A stretch of DNA of 64,000 bases. Source: an uncultured Methylomirabilota bacterium. Its GTDB lineage: Bacteria > Methylomirabilota > Methylomirabilia > Methylomirabilales > 2-02-FULL-66-22. The stretch is taken from contig OY970067.1 in assembly GCA_963705305.1 (NCBI GenBank), forward strand, positions 3,744,001-3,808,000. The letters are read 5' to 3'. Both the position numbers and the translations under genes were made by a program. Numbering within the stretch: position 1 is the first letter of the stretch; each line of letters opens with the position of its first letter. The notes beneath the pieces are model-generated. The model saw only the letters and a list, made by a program, of their open reading frames with translations. It did not search any database and was not told the origin of the DNA. Positions 19,403 to 29,103 of this stretch are shown one piece after another.

Positions 19403-21097
19403 ATGACTGCCATTGACAGCTGGAAAAAAGTTGCGATTTTATTTCTAATTGCCGGGTGGTTAGTCTACGGGAACTCTCTGGTCAATGGATTCGTCGGCGA
19501 TGATGAAGATCAGATTGTCAAGAATCTCCCCTTGCATGATATCAGAAACGCAGCCAGGTTTTTCCAGGGCAGTATGTTCTATTCCGGGGGGGCTCGCACT
19601 GTAACAGGCAATTACTATCGTCCATTGGTATCAGTCCTGTGGTCAGCAATGTATAGCACCTTCGGTAGCGGCCCATTTTGTTTTCGCTTCGTTCAAATCA
19701 GTCTGCATATCACGAATAGTATATTCGTCTTCATCGTCCTAAGATATTTCCTCAGCCCATTGACCAGCATCTTCCTCTCCCTCGTATTTTTGCTTCACCC
19801 CATCAATACGGAATCAGTGATCTACATTTCAGGCTTTGGGGACGTACTCTTTTTCTTCTGGGGAATATTGGCTTTAGCTTGCGCACTTAAGAGAAATGCT
19901 TCACTGGCGACCAACTGGCTGATGGCAGCTTTTCTCTTGATGTCCCTCTTATCCAAAGAAACGGGAATCGCCTTTGTAGTGTTACTCAGCGCGGACGTTC
20001 TCCTTAGGCGGCGAGGACGCAAGCTTTTGCTCTATCCCTGCGCCGCGGTGATTAGTTACTTCATGCTCCGATTTGGACTCGGCCATATCTATCTGAATGA
20101 AGCGGCAGTGTCGCCAATCATGAAAGCGGGCATTACCGATCGACTCCTGACCATGCCCAAGGTATTTGCTACCTATCTGACGACTTTTCTGTTTCCACGT
20201 AACCTGGCGTTTGCGCAAGAATGGCTGGTGAGGTCAGCAAGCCTTCATGATTTCTGGACACCCTTAGCCGCCGGTGGGTTATTTTGTATCGCGGTAGGGT
20301 TCCTAGGAAACAGATTGCTAGGAACGAGCCAAATGCTCCGGACATTGGTTTTCTTCTTGGTGTGGTTTGGGCTGGGAATCGGGCTGCATTTGCAACTCGT
20401 TCCAGCAGATATGACCTATGCCGATCGATACTTTTATTTTCCCATGGTAGGACTGTTGGGACTGTTTGGTCTCGGAATGGAGCAACTTCCAGTCTCCAAG
20501 GAGAAAGTCCCCCTAAAGAGTATATTAGGCTCGGTACTGTTGATACTCTTGGCGGGGCGAACGGTAGCGAGAACCTTTGACTTTCGGAGCGGGTACACCC
20601 TCTATACTCACGACAGTAGAATAAACACTGACAGTTTCGCGCTGGAAAATGACTTGGGGGCGGAACTGACCAGAAGGGGAAATTACGCTGCGGCAGAAGG
20701 GCACTTGAAGAAATCAATCAGCCTCTTCCCATACTTTCTCAATTGGAACAACTTGGGTGTCGTGTATGCGAAAACGGGACAGCCCGAGAAGGCATTAGCT
20801 GCCTTTTCTGAATCCCTAAAGAATGCGCAGTTTTATGTGGCGTACGAAAATATCGCAGGATTATTCGTCTGGGTGAAAGAGTCCGATCGGGCGATTAGTT
20901 TCTGCCAAGATGCTCTCAAGAGATTTCCCGAGGACCCTAAGCTCTGGCTGTATCTGGCACTGGCTGAGTACGAAAATGGAGACAAGAAAGAAGCAATATG
21001 GGCAGCTCGGAACGCTTATGCAATTGACCGGTCCCCGGAGAGTGCCTATGTGGTTGACAGAATTGTGAGGAATATGGACATTGTTCTAAGACCCTAA
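19403..21097 (+). CDS. TMTC-like GT-C membrane glycosyltransferase with C-terminal TPR repeats
   Basis: FVGDD after TM1, YYRPL, HPINTESV, LLSKE, ADRYFYFP, TPR-like NNLG repeats. Confidence 0.85.
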   Translation: MTAIDSWKKVAILFLIAGWLVYGNSLVNGFVGDDEDQIVKNLPLHDIRNAARFFQGSMFYSGGARTVTGNYYRPLVSVLWSAMYSTFGSGPFCFRFVQISLHITNSIFVFIVLRYFLSPLTSIFLSLVFLLHPINTESVIYISGFGDVLFFFWGILALACALKRNASLATNWLMAAFLLMSLLSKETGIAFVVLLSADVLLRRRGRKLLLYPCAAVISYFMLRFGLGHIYLNEAAVSPIMKAGITDRLLTMPKVFATYLTTFLFPRNLAFAQEWLVRSASLHDFWTPLAAGGLFCIAVGFLGNRLLGTSQMLRTLVFFLVWFGLGIGLHLQLVPADMTYADRYFYFPMVGLLGLFGLGMEQLPVSKEKVPLKSILGSVLLILLAGRTVARTFDFRSGYTLYTHDSRINTDSFALENDLGAELTRRGNYAAAEGHLKKSISLFPYFLNWNNLGVVYAKTGQPEKALAAFSESLKNAQFYVAYENIAGLFVWVKESDRAISFCQDALKRFPEDPKLWLYLALAEYENGDKKEAIWAARNAYAIDRSPESAYVVDRIVRNMDIVLRP

Positions 21098-21238
21098 ATC
21101 GTCCGGACGCATCTATTCTCTTGATCTACCACCGCAACCGGAGTCTCGTGCCTTTCCAGGTTTCGCCTCACCCCTCCACACCTTGACTGACCCCGGCCAC
21201 CGTATTGAAACCCACAGCTCCCAGTGCCCAGGGTCGAC

Positions 21239-21439
21239 CTACCCGCTACACAAAGGTGTTGAAGATTCGCTTGTCAATAGGCGCGATTCCTCTGTGGTTA
21301 CAGCGCATTCCGTCCTTTTCGGATTGAGCTGACATCGAGGAAGATTTCTTCCCCGACAAGGCGTTCCGATTCGGTCAACCAATTCATGCCGTTACTAGCG
21401 AAACGCCGACCGTTATCAACACCTTTGTGTAACGGCTAG
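21239..21439. mobile_element. 201-bp MITE, copy 1 (9-bp TSD AGGGTCGAC)
   Basis: TIR CTACCCGCTACACAAAGGTGTTGA / TCAACACCTTTGTGTAACGGCTAG; direct repeats at 21230-21238 and 21440-21448; identical to 32542-32742. Confidence 0.92.
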
Positions 21440-21501
21440 AGGGTCGACCTCGATGGGGACCCGTGCAGGCCTCGAACTGGGCACCTCATTGGAGCACCAC
21501 C

Positions 21502-21690
21502 CAGAGTTATTCTCCATACCCGGATTGCTTCCAGATTTTCCGGAGGGTATGTCCAATCTCGTCCTGAATAATGCCGCATGATTTCATTTAGGCCGTGAAT
21601 CCTACTCGGGAGTTCTGTTAATTCCCGGATATGGCCGTATCCGATGACGCTTTGCAACGAGAAAGTGCATCGGCAGGGATTGCTGTCATC
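21502..21690 (-). pseudogene. Fragment of a NimA/pyridoxamine-5'-phosphate-oxidase-family gene
   Basis: DDSNPCRCTFSLQSVIGYG...RHYSGRDWT...IRVWRI matches the C-terminal half of 26351-26824. Confidence 0.75.
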
Positions 21691-21910
21691 CCTATGTTTG
21701 GAGCAGAGCCCTGCACCATCCAAAATGGTCTCGTCGAGTCGAGAAGCGGCGCGACTCCCGTCGGCTCCGGCGATGCGGCAAGGCTCCGTCCGCCGATTCC
21801 ACGCCTGAAGCCGGCGTGGCGGAGGTTCCCACCGATCTCTCCCGGGGAGTGCGCGCCTGTGGCAGGAGGGGCCTCTTTCGAGGACAGGTTCGATCGGGCG
21901 GAAGGTTGGC

Positions 21911-22897
21911 TTACCCCCCAGCGCGGAGCTGGACGGTGCTCCGGTTGCTCCTCGCCAGGTCCGCCTCGCGAGCGCCGGCAACCTTTACTTCCGTGGGATC
22001 GAAAAGGTATTTGAGCGGATTCACGGCGGCGCCATCGACCAGGACCTCATACAGGACGTGCGGGCCGGTCGCCAATCCCGAGATCCCGATGCGGGCGATG
22101 ATCTGGCCTCGCTTCACCCATTGCCCTACCCGTACGACGATGGTGCTCGCGTGGGCGTACAGGGTCTCCACCCCCTGCCCGTGGTTGAGGAGGACCATGT
22201 TGCCGTAGTTTCCCCGGAAGCCGGCGAACGACACAACCCCGTCGGCCGCGGCTAGGATGGGGGTACCGAGAGGGGCGGCGATGTCCACCCCTTTGTGCAT
22301 CTCGGGTTCACCCGTGAATGGCGACGCCCGATAGCCGTATCCGGACGTCAGCAACCCCCGTGCCGGCCAGATGCTCGGCATGGAGGCCAGCAACGCGCGC
22401 TCTCTCTCGAGGAACTCCTGGAGCTCACGAAAGCCCTGCTCGCGCTGGATGATCTCCTCCCCCAGGGCCTCCAGGTCCGATCCTTTCAGGACCGCCTGGT
22501 GGCTGGGGCTTTTGGACTCGGCCGCCCGGGATGCGGCCTGGCGGGATATCCCGGGCGCGTCCGGGGCTGGCCTGCTATCCTGGTCGGACCGGCCGTCGAG
22601 GCCGGCCAGTCTGCGCACCTGCCGATCCAGGCCGCGCAGCTTCGCCAGATCGCTCTCGAGTTGGCTCACTCTGGCGACCGCGAGGCTCCGGGTCGGCACC
22701 TGCTGGCGGAGCAGCTTCAGCTCCGGCAAGGGGACGCTCAGGGTCATGTACTGGTATAGGCAGTAGGCGAACGTGAGGAGAAAGGCCGCCGTCACCGCCG
22801 ACGCCGCCACGACGATGCACGCGCTGATGTGGAACGTCCGTGCGGGTACATCCGGCTCGGAGAGGATGAGCACCGTGTAGAATCGTTTGGCCATCAC
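21911..22897 (-). CDS. M23-family peptidase
   Basis: N-terminal TM and coiled coil, PSIWP, HKGVD, YAH, TGPH. Confidence 0.9.
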   Translation of the reverse strand: MMAKRFYTVLILSEPDVPARTFHISACIVVAASAVTAAFLLTFAYCLYQYMTLSVPLPELKLLRQQVPTRSLAVARVSQLESDLAKLRGLDRQVRRLAGLDGRSDQDSRPAPDAPGISRQAASRAAESKSPSHQAVLKGSDLEALGEEIIQREQGFRELQEFLERERALLASMPSIWPARGLLTSGYGYRASPFTGEPEMHKGVDIAAPLGTPILAAADGVVSFAGFRGNYGNMVLLNHGQGVETLYAHASTIVVRVGQWVKRGQIIARIGISGLATGPHVLYEVLVDGAAVNPLKYLFDPTEVKVAGAREADLARSNRSTVQLRAGG

Positions 22898-23282
22898 CGT
22901 TTCCTGGCGATCCCCGCCGATTCCGCCGGGATCTCCTGGCCGCCCTGGCGACGGGCGCAGCGGGCCTTCTCTGGCTACCGGGCGGGGGAGCCTGACCCAG
23001 CTCGCGCGTCGAGGCGGGGCAGGAGCTCTTCACCAAACAGCAGGCGGAACGTAGCACAGGTCCAAAAGAGCTGTCAATATTAAGATGGCTCCCTGCCACC
23101 CGCCTACAGAACTGTCGCTTTCCGCTGGTCGAAAAAGGGGAAGGCCCCCTGATACTCTCACGGTGAGGCGTTATCTGAGCTCTGGAGAGGACTGGCTGGA
23201 TGAAGCGCCGGTCTTCACGGGGCAGGGGGTTCGCTCAGCTTGAATGGGGTCCGGGGGGGCTGCTGCGGTTGCGAGGTCCCGC

Positions 23283-23311
23283 TTGACCCGCCATTCTTCG
23301 AATGGTAGCGT
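23283..23311 (+). promoter_or_regulatory. sigma70-like promoter TTGACC-17-TAGCGT with extended TG
   Basis: Spacing, plus the same AATGGTAGCGTCC at 46987-46999. Confidence 0.45.
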
Positions 23312-23518
23312 CCGCCTGACGCCGGATCTCCCGGGCGAGGTGCCGTGCGCTCAGCCGTCTCGGCGCCGCTCTGCTCCCTGTGGGCCGCCGCTTTCGGCGA
23401 TGCGGGGTTCGGGGGGTTCATCGAGTGATTTTCCAGTGACAGACAGCAAGAAGGAAAATGGGCGCCCGGATCTCCAATCCCTGACCCCTGAGTTCCGCGC
23501 CTACACGGATTCCCGTCC

Positions 23519-24829
23519 ATGACCCGATCCCATGTGTCGCCGCTCGCCCGGCTCTTGACGTCCGCCGCCGCCATCGAACCCTACGAGATGAAGGCGGTGG
23601 TCCTCTCGTTCATCTATTTCGCCTGCTTGATGGCCAGCTACTTCGTCCTGCGGCCGGTGCGGGACGCCATGGGCACCGTCTACGGTATGCGCCATCTGCA
23701 GGAGCTGTTCACCGGCACGTTCGTGGTCAGCTTCCTGCTCGCGCCGGTGTACGCCGGGCTGACCTCGCGGGTCAAGCTGTCGAACTTCCTCCCGTGGGTC
23801 TATGGCGTCATCGCGCTCACGATGCTGGTCTTCTACGCGCTGTTCGCGCGCGTGGCGCACGACCGGTGGGTGGCCGCCGCCTTCTTCGTCTGGGTCAGCA
23901 CCTTCAACGTCCTGACAATCTCGGTCTTCTGGAGCCTCATGGCTGACACGTTTTCGCGCACCCAGGCCAAGCGGCTGTTCGGCGTCATCGCGGCGGGAGG
24001 CACCCTCGGGACCGTGGCGGGCCCGGCGGTCACGACGCTCTTCGTGAACCTGGTGGGGACGAACACGCTGCTCGTGATCTCGGCGGCCGGCTTCGTCGTA
24101 ACGGCGTGGCTGGTGCGCCTGCTCGAGCGAGAAAAGCAGAAGCTGCGTGCGAGGGGCGATGCGCAGGAGACGACGCTCGATCGCACGCTGGCGGGGAATC
24201 CGTTCGACGGCTTCAGCCTGCTGGTCAAATCGCGGTACCTGCTGCTGCTCTCGCTGTTCCTCCTCTTGATGACCTGGATCTCCACGATCGTCTACTTCCA
24301 GCTGGGAGCCTTGATTTCGGACGCGTTCGCCAGCCGCGAGGCGCGCACCCAGGCCTTTGCGGCCATCGACCTCGTCGTGAACGGCGCCGCCTTTTTCATC
24401 CAGCTGTTCGGAACGGGCCGGATCATCCGCCGGTACGGGGTGACCGCGGGCTTGCTGCTGAACCCGGTCATCATGGTCATCGCGTTCCTGTCCATCGCGT
24501 TCTCACCCGTGCTGATGGTGCTCGCGGTGATGCAGGTATCCCGGCGCGTGGCCGAATACGCGGTCGCGAAGCCGACACGCGAGATGCTGTTCACGGTCGT
24601 CGATCAGGAAAGCAAATACAAGGCGAAGAACGTGATCGATACGGTCGTCTACCGGTTCGGTGATGTCAGCTCGGCCTGGTTCAGCGCGGCCGTGCTCCCG
24701 TACGGCGTGGCCGGGCTCGCCATCTCCGGCATCGTCGTCTCAGCGATCTGGTTCCCGATCGCCCTGATGCTGGGGAGACAATACGAGCACGTCCGCAGCG
24801 GAGAGCTCGTGGGTAGCGCGGCGACGTAG
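23519..24829 (+). CDS. NTT/TLC-like MFS transporter (ATP/ADP translocase-like)
   Basis: YFVLRPVRDAMG, VFWSLMAD, QAKRLFG, KYKAKNVIDTVVYRFGD. Confidence 0.85.
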   Translation: MTRSHVSPLARLLTSAAAIEPYEMKAVVLSFIYFACLMASYFVLRPVRDAMGTVYGMRHLQELFTGTFVVSFLLAPVYAGLTSRVKLSNFLPWVYGVIALTMLVFYALFARVAHDRWVAAAFFVWVSTFNVLTISVFWSLMADTFSRTQAKRLFGVIAAGGTLGTVAGPAVTTLFVNLVGTNTLLVISAAGFVVTAWLVRLLEREKQKLRARGDAQETTLDRTLAGNPFDGFSLLVKSRYLLLLSLFLLLMTWISTIVYFQLGALISDAFASREARTQAFAAIDLVVNGAAFFIQLFGTGRIIRRYGVTAGLLLNPVIMVIAFLSIAFSPVLMVLAVMQVSRRVAEYAVAKPTREMLFTVVDQESKYKAKNVIDTVVYRFGDVSSAWFSAAVLPYGVAGLAISGIVVSAIWFPIALMLGRQYEHVRSGELVGSAAT

Positions 24830-25024
24830 GAGCGCCACCGGCACGGCGGAGGTCTTGTGCCGACCGTCGTGGGCGCCAGGCCCGGTCAGTATCTCAGCTT
24901 CGGATTTCCCGGCGACTGCATCTTCTCACCCGCGGCGCCGTGGCATATGCATGGATGGTGCTCCTTGGACGCCGCGTGACCCCCGGGGACCCGCAGGAGC
25001 CCAACGCCTGGAGCCCGCAGTCCG

Positions 25025-26173
25025 CTAGTACCCCCGCTCCGGGTCCACCACCGACAGCATCTTGTCGCCCGCCACGTACCGGCGGACGTTCTCCTTCACC
25101 ACCGCGTCCAGGCGCTCCCGCGGGACGTCGGCGCGGCCCGCGACGTGGGGGGTGATGAGGACGTGGGGGGCGCGGAAGAGCGGATGGCCGTCCGGGAGCG
25201 GCTCCGGGTCGGTGACGTCGAGGCCGGCGCCCGCCAGTTTCCTGCTCGTGAGCGCCTCGATCAGGTCGGCCGTGACGACGCTCTTGCCCCGGGCGACATT
25301 GATGAAGAGCGCGGTCGGCTTCAGGACGGCGAAGAACGTCGCGTTGAACAGCCCGGTGGTTTCGGCGGTCAACGGCGTCGCATTCACGATGACGTCCGCG
25401 GCCCGCGCGAGCGGCAGCAGCTCGCCGGGCAGCCCGACGTAGCTCACGAACTCGGGCCCCTCGTGCCCGCTGTGCCGCGTCGCGAGCACCCGCATCCCCA
25501 GCGCGTGCGCCCGTTGCGCCACCTCGGTGCCGATCCCGCCCAACCCGACCACGAGCAGCGTCTTGCCGGCGAGCACTTCCAGGCCGGCGGCCGGCGCGGC
25601 GGCCCGCGCCCAGTGCCCCGCCGCCTGCGCGGGCAGCCACACGGGGAGGCCCCGGCTGAGCCCGAACATCAGGGCCAGCACGTGCTCGGCGATGATCGGG
25701 GCCTGGACATGCTGCGCGTTGGTCAGGAGGATCTTCCGCTGGCGCAGCTCCGGGCGCGCGACGCACCCCTCGACGCCGGCGCCGCCGGTCTGGAGCCAGA
25801 ACAGGTGCGGCGCGGCGGCCAGGACGGCCGGATCGCACGCGCCGATGTAGGCGTCGGCGTCCGCCACCGCGGCGAGCGTCTCCGCGCGATCCTCCGCCAG
25901 CACGATCTGGACGCCCGGCGCAGCGGCCCGCAGCTCCGCGATGCTGGCCCCGAGCCCCAGGGCGGCGCTGACGACGATCTTTCTCGGCGGCTTCCAGCCC
26001 GGCACCTGGCGGACCGGCGTGCTCGCCTCAATGAGCCGCAGGTCCGACAGCACCGCGTGTTCCGAGGGCGCCGCCGGCTCCGCCGCCTGCGCCACCCCCA
26101 TCGCGCCCGACACGACAACTATGATCGCAGCCGCGAGCGCCCACCCTCCAGCCGCCACACGTGATCGATCCAT
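25025..26173 (-). CDS. D-2-hydroxyacid dehydrogenase with an N-terminal signal-peptide-like extension
   Basis: GLGGIG, PLTAET, INVARG, LDVTDPEPLP, TPHVAG; hydrophobic N-terminus ending AQA. Confidence 0.88.
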   Translation of the reverse strand: MDRSRVAAGGWALAAAIIVVVSGAMGVAQAAEPAAPSEHAVLSDLRLIEASTPVRQVPGWKPPRKIVVSAALGLGASIAELRAAAPGVQIVLAEDRAETLAAVADADAYIGACDPAVLAAAPHLFWLQTGGAGVEGCVARPELRQRKILLTNAQHVQAPIIAEHVLALMFGLSRGLPVWLPAQAAGHWARAAAPAAGLEVLAGKTLLVVGLGGIGTEVAQRAHALGMRVLATRHSGHEGPEFVSYVGLPGELLPLARAADVIVNATPLTAETTGLFNATFFAVLKPTALFINVARGKSVVTADLIEALTSRKLAGAGLDVTDPEPLPDGHPLFRAPHVLITPHVAGRADVPRERLDAVVKENVRRYVAGDKMLSVVDPERGY

Positions 26174-26350
26174 CGATGTCCTCCAGGCCTTCGGAGGCAC
26201 AAGGCCACGCGGATCCCCAACGGGGCAACCGAGATGTCTGCGGCGGTGATCCGCTTTCTCTTTCCGGTCTCCCCTGTAGTGCCGCGCCGCATGCGAAGCC
26301 CGTCTGCGCTTTCGTTGCCCGAAGACTATTCCCGGCGCGCCACTGCGATG

Positions 26351-26824
26351 TCAGGAGAGGAACTTATCCTTCGACTGTTTCCCCGTCAGACTCTCGATGG
26401 CGATCCTCCATACCCGGATCGTGTCGAGGCTTTCCGCAGTAAACGTCCAGTCCCTCCCCGAGTAGTGGTGCATGATCTGATTGAGTCCCGAGATCTTTTC
26501 GGCGGGGTCAATCAATTCCCGGACAACGCCATATCCAATCACGCTCTGAAACGAGAAGGTCCATCTGCATGGATTACTGTCATTCGTTACTATGCGAACA
26601 TCATGCTCGAATTCAAAGCAGGCCCGATTATTGGCAGTCAGGAACTCGATCTTCCTTCCTTCTTTCGCGGTATGAAAATAGACCGCCGCCCCATCGTACC
26701 CGAAGGATACGGGAAGAACATAGGGGGTGTTGTCCCGCGCCAGTCCCAATCGGCATACCTGGGATTTCTGGATAACCTGCGAAATGAGTGCCTGGTCGGT
26801 AATTTCCTTGTCCGTGCGTCTCAT
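26351..26824 (-). CDS. NimA/pyridoxamine-5'-phosphate-oxidase-family flavoprotein
   Basis: MRRTDKEI, PYVLPVSFGY, YFHTAKEGRK, SVIGYG, TGK. Confidence 0.9.
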   Translation of the reverse strand: MRRTDKEITDQALISQVIQKSQVCRLGLARDNTPYVLPVSFGYDGAAVYFHTAKEGRKIEFLTANNRACFEFEHDVRIVTNDSNPCRWTFSFQSVIGYGVVRELIDPAEKISGLNQIMHHYSGRDWTFTAESLDTIRVWRIAIESLTGKQSKDKFLS

Positions 26825-26874
26825 CCCGATCTCCAAGTGTTGGAAGGGCACCATGCGTCAGGGGCTCTTGTGAA

Positions 26875-27624
26875 CTACGCTCCTGTTCTGGCATGTGAAG
26901 GATATATGGTGAACTCCAGGACAAAGAGGTCCTGATGGCCGATCCGTACCTCGGGGAGAGCCTTCCTGGATGCCGCGCTCCCGATCGCTGCGTCCTGCCA
27001 CGCGGGGACCGTGAGAATGTCCGGAGCGGCCAATTCATAGGTGGCGAGAAATCGCTCCTCCCCGGGGCCGGCGCCATATAGTTTGCGCTCTTCCGTCATG
27101 ATCTGCGAGGTCGCGTCATCCCTCTCGTACAGGCGTGCCCGGAGGACTCCCGGAATGCTGCAGACCGTTGGCAGATGCTCGGTGCCGCACCACTCGGTGA
27201 CGCGGTCGCTCCCGGACCCGGCGGTAAAGCGGACGGCCAGATAGTAGGGGGCGTCAGTGGGCAGCACTTCTCCGGCATGTTGTCGGAGGCTGTAGATGGC
27301 CCGCACGGAGTTCCGGTAGTGGCTCAGGGCTTCCCGGGTCCGCGGGTCGGGCTCATTCATGGATTGATGGTAGGAGTTGCCCGCCAGATCGGAGGCCGCC
27401 GACGTTTCATAGGCGATGAGAAAACCGGGCGCCCCCTCCATTCCGACATACCGGTGCCCCACGTACCATCCAGGGGTATTGATGCGCAGGGTCATATGCT
27501 CCCTGCTGTGCCAGTCCCGGAACGTCGGAATGAATTCGTGGTCGATGTCCGTCCAGATGCCCAAGAGACCGCGGAGGACCTGGCTATTCACGTTCGCCCC
27601 TTCGGGTTCTCTTCCCGAACTCAT
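26875..27624 (-). CDS. Hypothetical protein with two EthD/DUF4286-like domains
   Basis: Repeated WxxxEH...PG...RY/LY...FLxxYE pattern. Confidence 0.6.
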   Translation of the reverse strand: MSSGREPEGANVNSQVLRGLLGIWTDIDHEFIPTFRDWHSREHMTLRINTPGWYVGHRYVGMEGAPGFLIAYETSAASDLAGNSYHQSMNEPDPRTREALSHYRNSVRAIYSLRQHAGEVLPTDAPYYLAVRFTAGSGSDRVTEWCGTEHLPTVCSIPGVLRARLYERDDATSQIMTEERKLYGAGPGEERFLATYELAAPDILTVPAWQDAAIGSAASRKALPEVRIGHQDLFVLEFTIYPSHARTGA

Positions 27625-28118
27625 TCCGTCTGATAGCAGGCGACAATCTCGCCGAAATAGAGCGTGTGGTAATCCTTTTTCGGATAGATTTCATCGAGCT
27701 CCCTGTCCAGCATTTTTGGATCCAGGGCACTCTTGTACAGCCGTCGACACTCGTAATGGTAGCCCGGGATATCGAGCACCGGGGAACTGACCTTCTGGGC
27801 GTTCCGCGTGGCGAGCTTGCACTCCTTGAGCTTGTCGACCGTCCGGCCGGACATCGAGCCGCAAAACTCAAGCTCTTTTCGCATGTCCGTCGTCGGCACG
27901 CTGATCGTGAAGCTCTCCGCACCTTCCATCAGCCCGAAGGTGTGCCGGCTGTTGCGCACGGCGACCATGAAAACAGATCGCCGCCAGAGAATTCCGACGA
28001 GGCCCCAGCCGATGGTCATCACATTCGTCCGGCCACCGGACGTGACGGTCAGAAACGCTCCCTCCTGGATGTGCTTCATGATGGGCGGGACGATGTCAAA
28101 TTCATTTACCTTCTTCAT
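27621..28118 (-). CDS. Flavin reductase-family protein
   Basis: NVMTIGWG, VRNSRHT, CGSMSGRTVDK, YHTLYFGEI. Confidence 0.88.
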   Translation of the reverse strand: MKKVNEFDIVPPIMKHIQEGAFLTVTSGGRTNVMTIGWGLVGILWRRSVFMVAVRNSRHTFGLMEGAESFTISVPTTDMRKELEFCGSMSGRTVDKLKECKLATRNAQKVSSPVLDIPGYHYECRRLYKSALDPKMLDRELDEIYPKKDYHTLYFGEIVACYQTE

Positions 28119-28537
28119 AGGGGATCTCCGTTTCGGAAAATATCTCACCGCCAAGGCGCCAAGCATGGCATGGCTGGGATGACCAGAATGCCAAAGGTCT
28201 GGAACCGCGTCACGTCCCCTGGGGGACCGTTCCGGTGCCCCGAATCACAGTCGCCGGACTCCAGGGACTGTGGAGCCTTGGCGTCATGGCGCTTGAACCG
28301 TTCTTTCAGTTCAACGCCAGATGGAATGCAATCTCTATATCAAAATCGCGAACACATAACAATTCAAATCACCCCCGCTCCCTGACCTCATGGTTCGCTC
28401 CATTGAAATTCCTGCCCGGGTGGTTCGGCTTTGCATATTCTGGGCGGCTCGCCTGGACGAACCCCTTGCGCCTGACCCGCTTCCGGCGCAGAATCGGGCG
28501 GCGAGAATGACCCGTCCCCCGGAAAGGAGGAAGATCC

Positions 28538-29032
28538 GTGAATCCGTACGCTAAGTTCCTCGAGGGTCGCGATCCGCTCAAGGTGGCGGCTGCTACACCG
28601 GCCAGGATCATCGCGCTGATCCGAGGACTCACACCCCGGCAACTGGCCAAACGCCCCGCGCCGGGGAAATGGTCGATCCAGGAGATCGTCAGTCATCTGG
28701 CCGATACGGAAACGGTCATGTGCTGCCGGGCGCGCTGGATCGCCTTCGAGGAAAATTTTACCCTCGTTCCCTTCGACCAGGAGAAGTGGGCGGCGGGCCG
28801 GGCCCGCGAAAAAGAGCCACTGGCGGAGACCCTGGAGCGCCTTCGCGTACTGCGCCGGTCACAGCTTCGCCTGTTCCGCCACGCATCCCCGGAGGAGTTT
28901 CAGCGTGCCGGCTTCCACCCCGAGCGCGGTGCCGTTACGCTGCGCGAGCAGCTGGAGACGCTCGCCGGTCACGACCTGAATCACCTGGCGCAGATAGAGC
29001 GGCTGGCAGGGCAGCAGCGGACCGGGCGGTAG
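28538..29032 (+). CDS. DinB-family protein
   Basis: GKWSIQEIVSHLAD, GHDLNHLAQI; RBS AAAGGAGG. Confidence 0.88.
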   Translation: MNPYAKFLEGRDPLKVAAATPARIIALIRGLTPRQLAKRPAPGKWSIQEIVSHLADTETVMCCRARWIAFEENFTLVPFDQEKWAAGRAREKEPLAETLERLRVLRRSQLRLFRHASPEEFQRAGFHPERGAVTLREQLETLAGHDLNHLAQIERLAGQQRTGR

Positions 29033-29103
29033 AGCGCTTCCGCCCGGGCGGACGACGAGGTGCGTGCGCCGAGTTGCCGCCGTCCGGCATGACAAGGAGC
29101 CCT

